Origin: Oligoflexales bacterium
Lineage (GTDB): Bacteria > Bdellovibrionota_B > Oligoflexia > Oligoflexales > Bog-1112
Length of the DNA: 64,000 nucleotides
NCBI GenBank assembly: GCA_045105515.1
Contig: JBGCDR010000131.1
Coordinates: 12,858-76,857, forward strand
Reading direction: 5' to 3'
Shown here: positions 60,903 through 64,000 of the stretch, piece after piece
How the letters are laid out: each line of letters begins with the position of its first letter
Position numbering within the stretch: the stretch's first letter is position 1
Made by a program: the position numbers and the translations under genes
Notes under the pieces: generated by a model
Database searches by the model: none
What the model was told of the DNA's origin: nothing
The model's input: the letters and a program-made list of their open reading frames with translations, nothing else

Positions 60903-61670
60903 ATGATAGTTTGCCCAATGTGTGATGCATCAGTCCATAAACTCAAAACCAACAGTCATGTTTTGCTAAAATGGATGAAACGTCAAATTATGGGGCGCTC
61001 AGGAAGAGTGCTGAAGTTGGATTTTTCCATGAACACAGAAGATGTAGAGCAAGATCTCTTAAAAGCTGATATTGTTTGTGATCGATGCGAAAACTCATTT
61101 CAAAAAGATGATGACTATCTCGCAAAAATAGTGCTACCCGAAAATAGTTCAAGTGTTGAAAGAAGATCGATTGAGATAGAGAATTACGAGTCAGGACATG
61201 AATGTTGGGCAGGGTTAAATTTTATTCTGTTTCAACGGTTCGTGTTGGGAGTCATACTTCGAATGGAGTTTTATCAAAATATTAAGAACGCAACATAGCT
61301 CATCAGGCACTCAGATGATTTATCAAGAATAAGAAAACTATACTGGGCAAATGACAACGACGACACAATACCAATATGTGTTTCAAGAATGGTCAATGAA
61401 ATAATTTCTTATCCACGAAATAATACAATTAATGATTTGTTTGTTTATCAGTTTCAAGGCCTATGGTTTGAATTCTTTTCCTTTTGTGACCCTAATGTTG
61501 CTGAGGATACTTTTTTCAAAGTGAGATTAAAAAAAGATGGCTCATTGGCCGTGATGGCTGAAATGAGGGATGCAGAAAGACAGCAGGATTTAGCCAAGAA
61601 ATCACAAAATATTGATATGACAACGAGCCAACAAAAACGAATCAAGAATCTCAAGAAACTTGATAAATAA
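60903..61670 (+). pseudogene. Zn-binding (HNH-like) hypothetical protein with one internal TAG (61296-61298)
   Basis: CPMC...NSHV...CDRCENSF; reading frame continues into the 61389-61670 ORF. Confidence 0.55.
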
Positions 61671-61701
61671 CGGGCTCATGGATTGCATTAGGAACCCTAA
61701 T

Positions 61702-62121
61702 CTATTCAATAACCATCCTTTTCGAAATTATAGAGAAGTCACTTGCTGAGATTTCAAAGAATCCACGCCGTATAGTGAGTCCCCAGTTTGGAGTCTTTTT
61801 GATAAACTCTAGGCAGTCCATCATTTCTTGAATTGGTACATTTTTAGTATTGCAATAGCGAATATTTCGACGATAAGGATCAAAGCCAGGAAACTGCTCA
61901 ATCTGGTATGGGATATTGTCAATAACTTCACCGATTGCTGTGAAACTCTTACATGGTTCTGGGTGATTCATGCGAATTTTTGGGGAATAGTAGATAATCC
62001 AATCTCCCATATCAAGTTTTTTCACTGGCCAAATTTTACCATGACAAAATTGAGCAAAACCTTCGGCTTGGGCTACTCTAACATGTTCTTCAGATACCAC
62101 CCCAATCCAATAACGATTCAT
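61702..62121 (-). CDS. EVE-domain protein
   Basis: YWIGVVS.EHV, GFAQFCHGK, GDWIIYYSP, FTAIG, RRGFFEI. Confidence 0.88.
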   Translation of the reverse strand: MNRYWIGVVSEEHVRVAQAEGFAQFCHGKIWPVKKLDMGDWIIYYSPKIRMNHPEPCKSFTAIGEVIDNIPYQIEQFPGFDPYRRNIRYCNTKNVPIQEMMDCLEFIKKTPNWGLTIRRGFFEISASDFSIISKRMVIE

Positions 62122-62594
62122 CGTTTTCTCTCTCCTTCGCTTTCTTCGGCATCGACAAGGGACCTGAATGCCGAAATTAAGTAAGATCGATGTTGCTCAG
62201 ATAGAGTTCCAAAAAATCTTTCGTCGATGGATTCAATGACTGGAATAAGAGCAGATATTTTCTTGAGACCTTTTTTTGTTATTAGAACGACCTTAACTCG
62301 GGTGTCTTTTTCGTGCTCTTTTCTTTTCACAAATCCTTGTTGTGTTAGTTCCCTTAAGGCTTTGGAAACTGTCATTTTCTCAAGTTTTGACTGAGCAGCT
62401 ATGTCGACTTGGGTTGCTTCATGATTATGCTCTGTGAACCATAAACTTACAGCTAATACGACAAACTGGGAATGAGTCATTTTATGTTTATCAAGCTCTG
62501 CACGTATCCTTTTTTGCCATAGCATGGTTGTTTGCCATAGTAGGAGTCCAGGACTATCCTCGGGTTGCTCATATCCGAAAGTAGAATCAGTCAT
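62118..62594 (-). CDS. MarR-family regulator
   Basis: SPGLLLWQ, THSQFVVL, MTVSKALR, DTR...IT.KG. Confidence 0.9.
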   Translation of the reverse strand: MTDSTFGYEQPEDSPGLLLWQTTMLWQKRIRAELDKHKMTHSQFVVLAVSLWFTEHNHEATQVDIAAQSKLEKMTVSKALRELTQQGFVKRKEHEKDTRVKVVLITKKGLKKISALIPVIESIDERFFGTLSEQHRSYLISAFRSLVDAEESEGERKR

Positions 62595-63015
62595 TTTGCT
62601 TCTCCTTGATTCTATCAATAAGAGATTCTATTTCGTCTGGTACCGAACTAGCAACATTTCGTCCCACCAACAAGAACCAGAGGAAGGAAAAAACTCCTGA
62701 GACTTGAAGAACGTTAGAAATTTTGACCCCACCAACGATAGGTACAACTAAATGTTTATCGATCATCTTAGCGCCAGGGAATTTTGTGCAATCAGTAAAC
62801 GATCTTCCTTGCTCGACCTCTGAAATTTCAATTTCGACTGCTTTCATATTCGTTGGTTTGAGAGTGAAGCGAACTCCTTCGGCAAATTCTCCGTGTAATT
62901 TGCAATATTCTAGGTCGGCATGCCACTTAGGCCAGTTTTCAATATCAACCCACTCACTCCAAACTTGTTCTGGAGATATTCCATTAATTTTCTTGCTGTA
63001 TGTTCGTTTCCACAT
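62587..63015 (-). CDS. SRPBCC/polyketide cyclase-family protein
   Basis: PEQVW..WVDIENWPKW, SFTD.TKFPGA. Confidence 0.85.
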   Translation of the reverse strand: MWKRTYSKKINGISPEQVWSEWVDIENWPKWHADLEYCKLHGEFAEGVRFTLKPTNMKAVEIEISEVEQGRSFTDCTKFPGAKMIDKHLVVPIVGGVKISNVLQVSGVFSFLWFLLVGRNVASSVPDEIESLIDRIKEKQND

Positions 63016-63025
63016 ATCTAGCTCC

Positions 63026-63066
63026 CACATAGTAAACATATTTATAGTAAATATGTTTACTATGTG
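63026..63066. promoter_or_regulatory. Perfect 19-bp inverted repeat, probable MarR operator
   Basis: CACATAGTAAACATATTTA-TAG-TAAATATGTTTACTATGTG. Confidence 0.75.
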
Positions 63067-63331
63067 TCAACATGGTTTTTGAATTTAATTAGATAATCGT
63101 AAAAATGCCAGCACTTCAGATGGTGCGATTGATAGTCTGCATAAAACGAGGGCAGTTATAACCGCCTGAATATAATACTTTAAATTGGACTGTTGACTTA
63201 AGCTGAAAAATTAGCTAAATTTGGCGCGATAACCCTATATGAAGGACGCTAGACGCCAGTGAAGTAATGAAGTAATTCTTATCCCAAAAAATCAAATAAC
63301 AAACTTTGATTAATTTCCAGGATAAGAACAT

Positions 63332-63865
63332 ATGTCTAGTTTCATCAAGCTACAAAATTTACATTTCAGTTATGACAATCTCTCAGCAGAACTCATTGCT
63401 GGCATATCCGTTGGTTTCCACCATGGTTGGACTTCCCTTTGTGGTCCTAATGGGTGCGGCAAAACGACACTTCTGAAGTTAATCTCTGGCGAGTTGAAGC
63501 CAAATTCTGGGTCAATTGCAGCTCAAGGCAGCATTGTTGCTATCCCTCAAAGCACCGAGTTTGCTCCATCAGGCCTCCATGGTTTTCGCCTCGATTACCA
63601 GAAAAGTGCAATTAAACTTCGTAATCATCTGAAAATTGGTGATGACTGGTATGAACGTTGGCCAAGCCTAAGCATTGGGGAACGAAAACGTTTGCAAATT
63701 GCTGTGGCGCTAGCTTCAAACCCCGATGTCCTTTTAGTTGATGAACCCACCAACCACGTAGATGCTGAGACTAAGCAAGTAATCCTAGAGGCTTTAAATA
63801 ATTTTCGTGGAGTTGGTGTCATCATCAGTCATGATCGTCTTCTACTAAACGAACTCTGTAGCTGA
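63332..63865 (+). pseudogene. Truncated ABC-F-like ATPase (first NBD only)
   Basis: GPNGCGKTT, LSIGE, LLVDEPTNH, ISHDR, then an abrupt stop; no TM partner. Confidence 0.7.
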
Positions 63866-64000
63866 GCACTGACTGAACTCTAAAAACTCGTCATACAAGC
63901 CGAAGACATATTAAAAATCAATTTTCGCACAGATTAGGTATTATGCTGAATTTACATATGAATTCAGGAAATCTGTGGGCATGAAACTAAAAAATATCAA

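Larger units (their letters stand above)
18659..64000. mobile_element. Integrative conjugative element inserted at the 3' end of groEL (right end not found in window)
   Basis: Integrase and xis directly after groEL, then relaxase, coupling protein, T4SS, replicase and cargo; no second copy of the groEL 3' end seen. Confidence 0.85.

Noticed and set aside
63239..63262. uORF MKDARRQ as an attenuation leader of the ABC-F gene
   Set aside because: No clear RBS or alternative hairpins; could be chance

Overview
The window has two parts. About 1-18.66 kb is core chromosome of an AT-rich bacterium; a Bdellovibrionota/Oligoflexia-like host is my impression only. It carries the molybdopterin operon (moaA, moaC-mogA fusion, moeA, moaD, moaE), class I lysS, a REC-GGDEF cyclase, a PilZ-like protein, an aspartate dehydrogenase-like and racemase-like pair, serS, dusB, a histidine kinase, a NupC transporter and groES-groEL. 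Directly after the groEL stop begins a large integrative conjugative element; I did not find its right end in the window. Its core is a tyrosine integrase and excisionase, an orphan DNA methyltransferase, a MOBC-type (PD-(D/E)xK) relaxase, an FtsK-like coupling protein and an F-like T4SS (traA-L-E-K-B-V-C, traH, traG, traU, a thioredoxin). It also carries an unexpected PilB/GspE ATPase, two sigma-region-4-only regulators, an XRE/REC/periplasmic-binding/kinase module, resistance-like cargo and a Prim-Pol/DUF3987 replicase. Highlights: (1) a ~700-aa UG/Abi-type reverse transcriptase split in frame by an IS5-family (ISL2-like) element and flanked by a ~30-bp imperfect direct repeat; (2) a dense CAGATCTG/GATC palindrome array overlapping an ORF at ~59.7-60.1 kb; (3) an A13 tract that frameshifts the pilin leader; (4) a shared GGACAC-N20-CGTA motif at 41.9 and 56.2 kb; (5) a ~120-bp purine-rich tract next to the relaxase. 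All family assignments come from motif recognition by eye, without database searches.
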